A stretch of DNA of 54,236 nt from Eubacteriales bacterium (GCA_045648605.1 JAZROG010000011.1:1-54236), one strand, 5' to 3'. Counted from the stretch's first letter, positions 28,586-38,187 are shown. Notes: a model not told the origin generated them from the sequence alone. Translations and numbers: made by a program.

Positions 28586-30223
28586 ATGAAGCCTATAAGA
28601 AGATTTATTGCAAGCGGGTTGCTTCTAACATTTTCAGCGCTTATAATGAGAAGCATAAGTGTTTCGTTCGGAGCTTATGTTTCAAGAAGCGCGGGCGCCG
28701 AGGCGATGGGAGTTTTTTCGCTTATTATGAGCGTTTTCGGCTTTGCGCTGACAGTTGCCACATCCGGGGTCAATCTTGCAGTTACAAGAATGATTTCCGA
28801 AGCACTCGGAGAGAATGACGAAGCACTTTTACATAAGAGTATGAGAAAATGCATCGGATATTGCCTGTTTTTTTCTTTAATATCCGCATTTTTGCTCTTC
28901 ACGCTATCACCTTTTTTGGGCAACCGTATTTTGCACGATGCAAGAACAATCAGGCCGCTGAAAATTCTCGCCTTCTCCCTTCCCTTTATATCTCTTACAT
29001 CGGCTTATAACGGATATTTCAGCGCTGTCAGGCGAGTTTATAAAAACACTATTTATTCGGTTTCTGAGCAGCTTATTAAAATATTTTTCACTGTAAAAAT
29101 GTTTGAGATTTTTATTGACAAGGGCATAGAATTTGCTTGTATTGCTCTTGTTGGTGCAGATCTGATCTCCGAATTTTCAGCATTTTTAATATCGGGCATC
29201 ATGTACTTCAGCGACAAAAAAAGATATTCAAATAAACTCGAATCAAAATATTCGGATAGCGAGATAAAGGGAAAGCTTTTTTCCATTGCACTGCCGGTTG
29301 CATTCAGCACCTATTTTCGCTCCTCCCTGCTTACCATTGAGCATATTTTGATACCTAAATGTCTTATAAAAAACGGACTTGACCGCTCTGTGGCTCTTTC
29401 CTCATACGGAACTCTTCACAGTATGGTATTTCCCATCGTTCTTTTCCCTGTTTCTGTTCTGTCTTCCTTTTCGGGACTTCTCATTCCCGAGCTTGCCGAA
29501 GCGAAGATCAAAAAAAGAAAGGTCGCTGTGCAGTATATTGCAAGGCGAGCCTTTCAGTTTTCATTTATTTTTTCGTTTTTGATCTCGGGAATCCTTATCT
29601 GCTTTTCAAGGGAGCTGGGAATGATAATATATAACAGCCCCGAGGCATCCCATTATATCAAGCTTTTGGCACCTCTTGTTCCCATAATGTACCTCGACGG
29701 AGTGACAGATGCAATGCTGAAGGGACTCGGAGAGCAGGTATATTCCATGAATGTCAATATAATAGACGCTCTTCTTTCGATATTTTTCGTTATGCTTTTA
29801 TTGCCAAAATACGGAATGTCGGGATATATCGTAACCATTTACATAACGGAGCTTGTGAATTTCGCATTGAGCTTTTTCAGACTTTTAATGAAAACAAAAT
29901 TAGACATTCACATTGCAAAAACCTTGCTATCCCCTGCTTTTTCGATAATCATAACATCATTTTTTGTGAAAATACTATTTTCCTTCGCAAAAATACAGGC
30001 AAGCGAAACAGTAAGCCTTGTTTTAAAATGTATTTTTGCGGCTTTTATATATTATTTTTTCATAAGAGCTACAAAAGGACTGTCAAAAAATGACACGTTA
30101 TGGCTAAAAAATCTTTTTATTATCAAACGTTACTCGGAAGAACGGTACGAAGAGCGCCGAGATGCTCGCAGATATTCAGCTCCACTGCATCAAGAACGCC
30201 TTCGGAGTATTCGAAAATATTAA
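28586..30223 (+). CDS. MOP-superfamily flippase (SpoVB / MurJ-like polysaccharide or lipid II exporter)
   Basis: 545-aa ORF with about 14 TM segments. The N-terminus (LLLTFSALIMRSISVSFGAYVSRSAGAEAMGVF) resembles SpoVB-type proteins. The last 100 nt or so overlap the convergent phosphatase gene. Confidence 0.8.
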   Translation: MKPIRRFIASGLLLTFSALIMRSISVSFGAYVSRSAGAEAMGVFSLIMSVFGFALTVATSGVNLAVTRMISEALGENDEALLHKSMRKCIGYCLFFSLISAFLLFTLSPFLGNRILHDARTIRPLKILAFSLPFISLTSAYNGYFSAVRRVYKNTIYSVSEQLIKIFFTVKMFEIFIDKGIEFACIALVGADLISEFSAFLISGIMYFSDKKRYSNKLESKYSDSEIKGKLFSIALPVAFSTYFRSSLLTIEHILIPKCLIKNGLDRSVALSSYGTLHSMVFPIVLFPVSVLSSFSGLLIPELAEAKIKKRKVAVQYIARRAFQFSFIFSFLISGILICFSRELGMIIYNSPEASHYIKLLAPLVPIMYLDGVTDAMLKGLGEQVYSMNVNIIDALLSIFFVMLLLPKYGMSGYIVTIYITELVNFALSFFRLLMKTKLDIHIAKTLLSPAFSIIITSFFVKILFSFAKIQASETVSLVLKCIFAAFIYYFFIRATKGLSKNDTLWLKNLFIIKRYSEERYEERRDARRYSAPLHQERLRSIRKY

Positions 30224-30767
30224 GCGCGGTATTTTCGCACCATTTTATATCCTTCATGCCGTCCGTTCCTACACCCATTACCCTTGCATAAAGGCAACGA
30301 AGGGGAGTTGCATGAGTTCCGATAAGAACGGTTTTGCCGTCGTTTTCTTTTGCGATCCTGTCAATGGTGGAATTTATTCTGCTGTAAAGCTCTTTTGTGC
30401 TTTCGCCGCCATTGCACCGACAATTTCCGATATCGTTAAGCCAAACATTGTAATTTTCCGGATAAAGCACGGGAAGATCGGCAAATTTATGTCCTTCCCA
30501 CTCGCCCGCAAAAATTTCTCGAAGTCCGCTATCCTTGATTATCTCCTTACCCACCGCCCTTGCATAAGGCTCAACGGTATGGAAAGGACGAAGAAGATCG
30601 CTTGAATATATTACGTCAATAGGATACTCTTTTTTTACAAGATATTCGCAAAGAAGTCTTGCCTGCTCGTGACCTGTTTCTGTAAGATCCATATCCTTAT
30701 GACCGACAAAGACCTTTTGCATATTAGCGATACTCTGAGCGTGCCTTACTATTATCAATTTTGTCAT
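30123..30767 (-). CDS. Histidine phosphatase family protein (phosphoglycerate mutase / CobC-like)
   Basis: LIIVRHAQS (RHG-type catalytic motif), ...GESTKEL..., and GTHATPLR (second catalytic His). Confidence 0.85.
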   Translation of the reverse strand: MTKLIIVRHAQSIANMQKVFVGHKDMDLTETGHEQARLLCEYLVKKEYPIDVIYSSDLLRPFHTVEPYARAVGKEIIKDSGLREIFAGEWEGHKFADLPVLYPENYNVWLNDIGNCRCNGGESTKELYSRINSTIDRIAKENDGKTVLIGTHATPLRCLYARVMGVGTDGMKDIKWCENTALNIFEYSEGVLDAVELNICEHLGALRTVLPSNV

Positions 30768-30770
30768 TTT

Positions 30771-31667
30771 TTACTCCAAGCTATCAAGATATTCACAAGC
30801 ATGGGTTGCAGCGGAAGCACCGTCAGCAACGGCGGTTGCAAGCTGTCTCACACTCTTTTGTCGGCAATCCCCTGCAACGAAAACACCTGCGGTTTTCGTT
30901 CTGCAATCCTCACCCGATGCGGCATAGCCACCATCATCAAGGTCAATTATATTACCAAACGGCTCGTTTTCAGGAGCTTGACCAACAGCCACAAAAAGTC
31001 CATCAAGAAGAATTCTTTTTCCGCTGTCAAGCTCGATTCCCGAAAGCTGCTTATCTCCGAGAAAGGCAACGATCTTGGCGGGAGTAACTATTTCGACATT
31101 TTCTCTTTCTTTTATTTTGTTGACAAGGTCAATATCGCCTCTGAAGCTATCTCTTCTATGAATAAGATAGACCTTTTTACAAAGATCGGAAAGATAAAGT
31201 GCATCCTGAAGCGCGGTATTTCCGCCCCCGACCACAGCAGTATTCTTTTCCTTGAAAAATGCACCGTCACAGACCGCACAATAGGAAATTCCGCTGCCTA
31301 TAAGGTCATCCTCGCGGTCAAGACCAAGCTTTTTATGCTTTGCTCCGCCTGCGATTATCACTGCCTTCGCCTCAAATTCGCCGCTGTCGCATATTACTTT
31401 TTTAGTATTTTCCTGTGCTTCAATGGAAATTACTCTGTCAAATTCTATTTCCGCGCCAAGCTCGTTTATCTGCTCAAAAAGATTGTCTGCGAGCTCCATT
31501 CCGCTGATTTTCTTTACAAAAGGATAGTTTTCGACGCAAGGCGAATAGGTTATCTGACCGCCTATCATTTCCTTTTCGATAACAAGCACGCTCTTCCCCG
31601 CTCTTCTTGCATAAAGTGCGGCTGTCATGCCTGCGGGACCTGCGCCGATGACAATTATATCATACAT
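30771..31667 (-). CDS. trxB: Thioredoxin-disulfide reductase
   Basis: GAGPAGMTAALYA FAD motif, redox-active CAVCDG, VVGGGNTA NADPH motif and a GDC...Q C-terminal FAD motif. Confidence 0.93.
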   Translation of the reverse strand: MYDIIVIGAGPAGMTAALYARRAGKSVLVIEKEMIGGQITYSPCVENYPFVKKISGMELADNLFEQINELGAEIEFDRVISIEAQENTKKVICDSGEFEAKAVIIAGGAKHKKLGLDREDDLIGSGISYCAVCDGAFFKEKNTAVVGGGNTALQDALYLSDLCKKVYLIHRRDSFRGDIDLVNKIKERENVEIVTPAKIVAFLGDKQLSGIELDSGKRILLDGLFVAVGQAPENEPFGNIIDLDDGGYAASGEDCRTKTAGVFVAGDCRQKSVRQLATAVADGASAATHACEYLDSLE

Positions 31668-31679
31668 ATTTTTAACCTC

Positions 31680-31713
31680 AAAAAACGGAGCAACCGCAGA
31701 TGCGGTTGCTCCG
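31680..31713 (-). terminator. Rho-independent terminator or attenuator between nrdD and trxB
   Basis: CGGAGCAACCGCA-tc-TGCGGTTGCTCCG (13-bp stem) followed on the minus strand by TTTTTT, 13 nt before the trxB ATG. Confidence 0.75.
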
Positions 31714-31720
31714 CGTTATT

Positions 31721-34090
31721 TTAAATAAAGGATTTAATTGCGGGAACGCCTGTGAGAATTTCTATTTTCTCATCCTTACGGGCGATAAGTGTTGGCGCCT
31801 GCTTGATGTCATAGCGCTCAACAAGCTCCTTAACATCCTCTGCGAGAACTGTATTATATGCGATTCCTGCCTTTTCAAGCATGGAAATTGCAACCTTACA
31901 GTTGGGGCAAGTTTTTGTAGTTACAAGAAGCGGGATAGCGAGTCCGAAGGGATCATTAACCACGGGCTTTTCTACCTTGCTTGCCGCAATTATTTCGGCT
32001 CTGTTTGCCGACATATGGGAATTCATAAGATCATAGACCTTACGCTCCTTATATTCCTGAAGCTTACCGTCGTTCCAGTTCTGAACGGGACGGTAGTAGC
32101 CTGTAATACGGCTGTAAACCTCTGTTTTCTTGCCACACTCGGGACAAGTGAACTTCTCACCCGGAATATATCCGTGATCAACACAAATTGAATATGTGGG
32201 CGAGATGGAATAATAAGGAAGTCTGTAATTTGTTGCGATCTTACGAACAAGATCTGCTGCAGCCTTCCAATCGGGAAGCTTTTCGCCAAGGAATGCATGG
32301 AAAACAGTACCCGATGTATAAAGTGTCTGAAGCTCGTCCTGAATATCAAGAGCTGTAAATACATCCTCTGTATAGCCAACAGGAAGATGCGAGCTGTTTG
32401 TATAATAAGGAGTTCCGCCCTTTTCGTTTGCTGTAACGATATCGGGATATCTTGCGATATCATGCTTTGCAAGACGGAATGATGTGGACTCTGCGGGAGT
32501 TGCCTCAAGGTTATAGAGATCGCCGTATTCCTCCTGATAGTCGGAGAGACGCTCTCTCATATGGTTGAGAACCTCCTTTGTGAATTCCTGTGTTGCTCTC
32601 TGTGTAAGATCAGCATGGAGCCACTTTGCATTGAGACCAACCTCGTTCATACCCACAAGACCGATGGTTGAGAAATGATTATCGAATGTTCCGAGATATC
32701 TCTTTGTATAAGGATAGAGACCCTCGTTAAGAAGTCTTGTGATAACTGTTCTCTTAATATGGAGAGAACGTGCGGAAATATCCATAATGCGGTCGAGACG
32801 ACGGTAGAAATCCTCTTTATCGCTTGCAAGATACGCAATTCTGGGCATATTGATGGTAACAACACCAACAGAGCCTGTGCTTTCACCGCTTCCGAAGAAG
32901 CCTCCCGACTTTTTACGAAGCTCGCGCAGGTCAAGACGGAGACGGCAGCACATACTGCGGACGTCATTGGGCTCCATATCGCTGTTTACATAGTTAGAGA
33001 AATAAGGTGTACCGTATTTTGAGGTCATCTCAAAGAGAAGCTTATTATTCTCTGTTTCGGACCAGTCAAAATCACGAGTGATGGAATATGTGGGGATAGG
33101 ATACTGGAATCCGCGTCCGTTTGCATCGCCCTCAATCATGGCTTCAATGAATGCACGGTTGACCATATCCATCTCTGCCTTACAATCCTTATATTTGAAG
33201 TCAACCTCCTTACCGCCGATGATACAGTTCTGCTCTGCAAGGTCTGCGGGAACAGTCCAGTCAAGAGTGATATTGGAGAAGGGAGCCTGTGTACCCCAAC
33301 GTGAGGGAGTATTTACTCCATAAATGAATGACTCGATGCACTTCTTTACCTGATCGTAATTGAGGTTATCTATCTTAACAAAGGGTGCAAGATAGGTATC
33401 GAATGAAGAAAACGCCTGTGCTCCTGCCCATTCATTCTGCATGATACCGAGAAAGTTTACCATCTGGTTGCAGAGAGTTGCAAGATGCTTTGCGGGTGCA
33501 GATGTGATCTTTCCAACAACACCACCAAGTCCTTCCTTGATAAGCTGACGAAGTGACCATCCTGCGCAGTAGCCTGTGAGCATTGAAAGGTCATGAATAT
33601 GAATATCGGCATTTCTGTGCGCATTTGCGATCTCGTCATCATAGATCTCGGAGAGCCAATAGTTAGCAGTGATCGCACCCGAGTTAGAAAGGATAAGACC
33701 GCCGACAGAATATGTTACTGTGGAATTCTCCTTAACACGCCAGTCGGAAACATTTACATACTTATCTACAATATCCTTATAGTCAAGGATAGTGGATTTC
33801 ATATTTCTCATCTTTTCGCGCTGACGGCGATAAAGAATATAAGCCTTTGCAACATCTGCATATCCTGCCTGAACGAGAACAGACTCAACGCTGTCCTGAA
33901 TATCCTCAACGGCAACAAGGCCGTCCTTTATCTTTTCGGTAAAATCCGCAGTTACCTTAAGTGCGAGAAAATCAATAATATTTTGGTTGGTTTCCTTTTC
34001 GAGCGCTTCAAATGCCTGTGAAATAGCGCCACTGATCTTGGCAAGGTCAAAATCTACGACCTTGTTGTCTCTTTTTAGAACTCTGTACAT
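31721..34090 (-). CDS. nrdD: Anaerobic (class III) ribonucleoside-triphosphate reductase with a C-terminal CxxC thioredoxin-fold extension
   Basis: N-terminal ATP-cone (VLKRDNKVVDFDLAKI), SMCCRLRLD, Zn-ribbon CPECG and the glycyl-radical motif RITGYYRPV. About 100 extra residues follow, containing LLVTTKTCPNCK...APTLI, a glutaredoxin/NrdH-like fold. Confidence 0.96.
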   Translation of the reverse strand: MYRVLKRDNKVVDFDLAKISGAISQAFEALEKETNQNIIDFLALKVTADFTEKIKDGLVAVEDIQDSVESVLVQAGYADVAKAYILYRRQREKMRNMKSTILDYKDIVDKYVNVSDWRVKENSTVTYSVGGLILSNSGAITANYWLSEIYDDEIANAHRNADIHIHDLSMLTGYCAGWSLRQLIKEGLGGVVGKITSAPAKHLATLCNQMVNFLGIMQNEWAGAQAFSSFDTYLAPFVKIDNLNYDQVKKCIESFIYGVNTPSRWGTQAPFSNITLDWTVPADLAEQNCIIGGKEVDFKYKDCKAEMDMVNRAFIEAMIEGDANGRGFQYPIPTYSITRDFDWSETENNKLLFEMTSKYGTPYFSNYVNSDMEPNDVRSMCCRLRLDLRELRKKSGGFFGSGESTGSVGVVTINMPRIAYLASDKEDFYRRLDRIMDISARSLHIKRTVITRLLNEGLYPYTKRYLGTFDNHFSTIGLVGMNEVGLNAKWLHADLTQRATQEFTKEVLNHMRERLSDYQEEYGDLYNLEATPAESTSFRLAKHDIARYPDIVTANEKGGTPYYTNSSHLPVGYTEDVFTALDIQDELQTLYTSGTVFHAFLGEKLPDWKAAADLVRKIATNYRLPYYSISPTYSICVDHGYIPGEKFTCPECGKKTEVYSRITGYYRPVQNWNDGKLQEYKERKVYDLMNSHMSANRAEIIAASKVEKPVVNDPFGLAIPLLVTTKTCPNCKVAISMLEKAGIAYNTVLAEDVKELVERYDIKQAPTLIARKDEKIEILTGVPAIKSFI

Positions 34091-34128
34091 AATCTCCTCC
34101 GTTTTTCAGTTTTTTCGTTAGTGAGGAA

Positions 34129-34157
34129 ATTATACCATATCTTGTGGCAAATGTCAA
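34129..34157 (-). promoter_or_regulatory. Consensus sigma-70 promoter for nrdD
   Basis: The minus strand reads TTGACA (34157..34152), 17-nt spacer, TATAAT (34134..34129), about 40 nt upstream of the nrdD ATG with a GGAGGAG SD. Confidence 0.65.
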
Positions 34158-34229
34158 TTAGCAATATTTCACAGATAATATCGCGCTTTTTTGTGCACAA
34201 GCACATATTGTGCTAAATATTGTTTTTTG

Positions 34230-34245
34230 ACACTATATATTGTGT
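34230..34245. promoter_or_regulatory. NrdR box
   Basis: ACACTATATATTGTGT fits the published NrdR-box consensus acaCwAtATaTwGtgt at every position. A partial palindrome CACATATTGTG (34203..34213) lies about 30 bp away. Confidence 0.6.
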
Positions 34246-34253
34246 TCGGATAA

Positions 34254-34955
34254 TTATACACCTCTGATTTCGGCATCAGGGACATATTTTCGGGCAATTT
34301 CAATATATTGATTCATCTGTTCCTTATCAAGTCCGTGCATTTCAGCACAAATAAGGTCTCCCGAATCAACGAAATTTTGCAAATACCAGCGCCTTGCGCC
34401 TGCAATAAGCCTGCCGATATCTTCTATATCCTGTGGGCTATGAAGCTCAGAAACAACAGTGGTTCTAAACTCATAATCAACATCGGAATTCATCAAAACT
34501 TCTATGCTCTCGCATACTCTTTCCGTGTCATAACCGAGTCTTCCCACCGTTTCCGAATATTTATTCAGAGAATTTTTAATATCCACCGCAACATAGTCAA
34601 CAAGACCGAGAGAAACAAGCTCCCTGAGCTTTTCCGGAAAGCTTCCGTTGGTATCGAGCTTCACCTTGAAGCCCATGTCCTTTATTTTTTTGATAAAATC
34701 AACAATATCAGCCTGAAGCAGTGGCTCACCGCCGGTTATAGCCACCCCTTCAAGTGTTCCCTGCCTTTTTTTCAGAAATTCAAAAATATCGTCGGCAGAA
34801 TATTCCTCTCCATTTCTACCGAGGACAAGCGAGGCATTATGACAAAAAGGGCAACGGAAATTACAGCCACCTGTAAAAACCGTACAGGCAAGATGGCCCG
34901 GATAATCAAGAAGTGTGAGCTTTTGAAGTCCTTTTATAACCATCAGAATGCCCAA
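34254..34955 (-). CDS. nrdG: Anaerobic ribonucleotide reductase activating protein (radical SAM)
   Basis: GGCNFRCPFCHN radical-SAM cluster motif and GVAITGGEPL. The start is either the TTG at 34955 or the ATG at 34943, which overlaps the pepS stop (TGATG). Confidence 0.93.
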   Translation of the reverse strand: MGILMVIKGLQKLTLLDYPGHLACTVFTGGCNFRCPFCHNASLVLGRNGEEYSADDIFEFLKKRQGTLEGVAITGGEPLLQADIVDFIKKIKDMGFKVKLDTNGSFPEKLRELVSLGLVDYVAVDIKNSLNKYSETVGRLGYDTERVCESIEVLMNSDVDYEFRTTVVSELHSPQDIEDIGRLIAGARRWYLQNFVDSGDLICAEMHGLDKEQMNQYIEIARKYVPDAEIRGV

Positions 34956-36166
34956 TTACCTTTCTCGAATATCTGAACCTTTCTGCCGTCTCTCGTATAT
35001 GCAACGATATTAAGATCCTCTGAGCCTATCATAAAATCCTCGTGCATGATGGAATCGTTAAGACCCATTTTATGACATTCTTCCATAGTATATTTATCAT
35101 AATCCTTGATACATTCCATAAATCCTCTGCCAAGAGCAAGATGGCATGACGCATTTTCATCAAACAGAGTATTGCAGAATGTAATTCCAAGGTTATTTAT
35201 GGGGGAATCATATGCAATAAGAGCACATTCGCCAAGATATGCCGCGCCCTCGTCCATTCCTATCATCTTTTTGAGAAGGTCGGCATTTTTCTCGGCTGTT
35301 ACCTCCACTGCCTTTCCCTTTTCAAATCTGATGCTGAAGTTTTCTATCAGCTCACCATTGTAGGAAAGAGGCTTTGAGGAATAAACGATGCCCTCGGCAG
35401 TATCCTTATGGGGAGAGGTAAATACTTCCTCGGATGGGATATTGGGATTATAATAATCACCGCCAAGGGTATATTCGCCGCCTCCTGCAAATTTGCTTTG
35501 GGGCATAAGTCCAACTGTGAAGTCGGTTCCGTTTGAGGATGTATAGTGAAGCTTTTCAATATCAAGAGAATTAAGATAATCGCAGCGCTTTGCAAGGTCC
35601 TCGTTATGCTGCTTCCAAGCCGCAATGGGGTCTTCGGTTGCTCTCGATGCCGCAAGAATGGCTTCCCAGAGCTTTTCCATGGCAACGCTCGTTCTTTCAT
35701 TCGGGAACAATTTCTTTGCCCATTTTGCGCCCGGCACCGCCGCAATGCACCACTGATATTTATTATCCATCTTATCTCTGAAAGGCTTTACTACCTTTCT
35801 TTTCGCACCCATTGCGCGGCTGTATTTTTCTTGATCAATTCCCGAAAGTCCGTCGGGATCCTCACTGATAAGATAAATTCTCGCAGGGAGAGTGTCAACC
35901 TGATGCTGAAGCCTTGCCTTCTGCCATTTTTCGGTCTTTGAAAGAGTTTCAAGGGATTGATATTTAACAGCAAGCTTTGTAAGAGGCTGATAATCAAAAT
36001 CAACTATAACCTTTTTTGCACCCGCCTTGTAGCACTCCTCTGCTACCATATATACAAACTCCGGCTGCTCAAGCTCTGCTGTGATCATAACATCCTGATC
36101 TTTTCTTACGTTTACACCCATAGTTGCGATAAGCCTCGCATAATTTTTAAGAACTGATTTTTTCAT
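34943..36166 (-). CDS. pepS: Aminopeptidase, M29 (PepS/AmpS) family
   Basis: 407-aa ORF. The N-terminus LKNYARLIATMGVNVRKDQDV and the EEVFTSP / NASCHLALG motifs are typical of thermophilic-metalloprotease M29. Confidence 0.9.
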   Translation of the reverse strand: MKKSVLKNYARLIATMGVNVRKDQDVMITAELEQPEFVYMVAEECYKAGAKKVIVDFDYQPLTKLAVKYQSLETLSKTEKWQKARLQHQVDTLPARIYLISEDPDGLSGIDQEKYSRAMGAKRKVVKPFRDKMDNKYQWCIAAVPGAKWAKKLFPNERTSVAMEKLWEAILAASRATEDPIAAWKQHNEDLAKRCDYLNSLDIEKLHYTSSNGTDFTVGLMPQSKFAGGGEYTLGGDYYNPNIPSEEVFTSPHKDTAEGIVYSSKPLSYNGELIENFSIRFEKGKAVEVTAEKNADLLKKMIGMDEGAAYLGECALIAYDSPINNLGITFCNTLFDENASCHLALGRGFMECIKDYDKYTMEECHKMGLNDSIMHEDFMIGSEDLNIVAYTRDGRKVQIFEKGNWAF

Positions 36167-36169
36167 TTT

Positions 36170-37324
36170 CTACACTCCAAAATATTTTTTTATTTCATCC
36201 TTTGTATTTTTTATGCTACCTTGTATCATTTCGCTGCTTCCCCCTCCCTTTGCGGATATCTTTTCCCTCATATCCGCAGAAAGCGCACGAAGATCTGCAC
36301 TCTTTGATGTTGCCACAAAGGTATAGCCATCAATATCATTTCCGCTGAAAACAGCGCATATACCACCGCATTTTTCTGCGCACGCATTCATGAGCTTTCT
36401 CATGTCACTTTGAGTTGCTTTCTCCTCAAAAATACAGACATTTCCTTCTGTCGGCTCTATCTCTGCAATTTTGTATTGGGAAAGTGCGCTCCGAAGCTCA
36501 TAATTTTTTTGCTTAAGCTCCGATATTTCGTTTTCAAGCCTTGCTATCGCCTCTCCAAGCTTATCCTGCTTTACAGAAAGTGACCTTGCAGCCTCGGAGA
36601 TCATATGATATCTCGCGTCGTAATCGAAAAGTGCATCAAAGCCGCAAAGAAGATGGATTCTAGTTCCACCCTTGTTTTTTTCAAAATCAAGAAGCTTGAT
36701 CATTCCGATCTCACCTGTTGCGGTAACATGAGGAGCACAGCAAGCACAGGCATCATAGCCCTCGATAGTTACTATCCTCACATTTTCCGTAAGGTCAAGC
36801 TTACTTCTGTATTGGAGATTTTTGAGCGCTTCGGGGGTCGGATATTCACAGGTGATTCGCACATTTTCCGTTACTGCTTTATTGGCAAGAAATTCTATCA
36901 TTCTGATATTTTCTCCCGTAAGGACCCCGTTTATATCAAGAGTTACATCCTCATGCCCCATATGGAATCCAACATTGTCAAATCCGAAATGTCTATGTAT
37001 AAGCCCCGAAACGATATGCTCACCCGAATGATTCTGCATTCTGCGGAATCTTTTTTCAAAATCAAGCTTACATTTGTAATTTTGACCGACCTCAAGTGGC
37101 TTGTCGGCGAAATGAGTGATAATCCCCGCAGATATCTGAGCATCAAGAACACAGGCGTCGCCTATAATGCCCGTATCGGCATTTTGCCCACCGCCCTCGG
37201 GGAAAAACGCGGTCTTATCGAGAATTACTCTATATAATTTTCCGTCCTTTTCACATGAAAGAGCTGTTGCGAAAAACTCGTTCAGATGACTGTCCTCTTC
37301 ATAGAGCTTAATGGTTTCTATCAT
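36170..37324 (-). CDS. alaX: Alanyl-tRNA editing protein AlaX-L (AlaRS second-additional-domain plus DHHA1-like)
   Basis: HSGEHIVSG and CCAPHV zinc/editing motifs of the AlaX/ThrRS SAD, plus a C-terminal GGGSSEMIQG DHHA1-like motif. Confidence 0.85.
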   Translation of the reverse strand: MIETIKLYEEDSHLNEFFATALSCEKDGKLYRVILDKTAFFPEGGGQNADTGIIGDACVLDAQISAGIITHFADKPLEVGQNYKCKLDFEKRFRRMQNHSGEHIVSGLIHRHFGFDNVGFHMGHEDVTLDINGVLTGENIRMIEFLANKAVTENVRITCEYPTPEALKNLQYRSKLDLTENVRIVTIEGYDACACCAPHVTATGEIGMIKLLDFEKNKGGTRIHLLCGFDALFDYDARYHMISEAARSLSVKQDKLGEAIARLENEISELKQKNYELRSALSQYKIAEIEPTEGNVCIFEEKATQSDMRKLMNACAEKCGGICAVFSGNDIDGYTFVATSKSADLRALSADMREKISAKGGGSSEMIQGSIKNTKDEIKKYFGV

Positions 37325-38187
37325 TTTCCAACCGCCGTTCCGAGAAGGTGCACAAGCTCAAGATTTGATGCTCTTACTATCCTTTTAAGGGTCGGAACGC
37401 TGCGAAGTCCTTCCCCAAGAACATCCGAATAAGCATCAAACGGTCTTGATATCTGACCGCCAAGAACAAGTGCCTCGATCTTGTATTCATTGAAAAGCTC
37501 CACAAGCACTGCAGCGATGGCTTTTGCCATTTCGCGGTAAGCTCTGATGCAAATCTCATCTCCCGCAAGCGCACCGTCGATTATGTCACGGCAAGCGAGA
37601 GCTTTTCCGCCGCTTTCTTCCTTATAAAGTCGCTCAAGGCCTCGAAGCGAAACAAATTCTTCTGCAATCGTTCCCATATAAGGCGTATCGTATCTTTCAT
37701 AAAGCGGCTCGCCGCCGGCTTTCCTTAGAGGCTCGCCGTCCACCATCATTCCATAGCCAAAGCCCGTGCCTATCATAACCCCTGCAACTCTCTTGCAATC
37801 GGGTACATCCACCGCCGCACCTTGGATAAATGCCGCGGAATCGTGCATAAATCTGACGGGAACACCGGGTGCAGCTTCCTCAAACCAAGGGAGAAGAGGC
37901 ACATCCTTTATCGATAAGTATTTATGCTCCATATGGCTTATTCCCTTTTCATAATCAAAGGGTGCAGGTATATCGACGTGTATAGCATCAAGCGCGAGAC
38001 CGTTTTTCTCTGCATTCTTCACGCCGCGCTTCAGAATTGCTATATATCCGCTCTTGATCTCATCAAGAGGTCCGGAAGAATTTGCAGGCTCACTGTCAAG
38101 TGTTCCGTCAACGAGCATTTTGCCGACGAAAAGCCCTGCTTTAACATTAGTTCCGCCAACATCAATGGCAAGCACTACCTTTTCCAT
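37321..38187 (-). CDS. ROK-family sugar kinase (glucokinase-like)
   Basis: LAIDVGGTNVKAGL ATP-binding motif and MIGTGFGYGM. It overlaps the alaX start (ATGA). Confidence 0.85.
   Translation of the reverse strand: MEKVVLAIDVGGTNVKAGLFVGKMLVDGTLDSEPANSSGPLDEIKSGYIAILKRGVKNAEKNGLALDAIHVDIPAPFDYEKGISHMEHKYLSIKDVPLLPWFEEAAPGVPVRFMHDSAAFIQGAAVDVPDCKRVAGVMIGTGFGYGMMVDGEPLRKAGGEPLYERYDTPYMGTIAEEFVSLRGLERLYKEESGGKALACRDIIDGALAGDEICIRAYREMAKAIAAVLVELFNEYKIEALVLGGQISRPFDAYSDVLGEGLRSVPTLKRIVRASNLELVHLLGTAVGK

Noticed and set aside
30669-31724. 351-aa + strand ORF opposite trxB
   Set aside because: It is an antisense shadow ORF, whereas trxB has its CAVCDG and FAD/NADPH motifs on the minus strand.
34308-34976. 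222-aa + ORF opposite nrdG, with similar shadow ORFs at 36605..37237, 38277..38807, 43645..44181 and 50168..50716
   Set aside because: All are antisense to well-supported genes and have no recognisable motifs.
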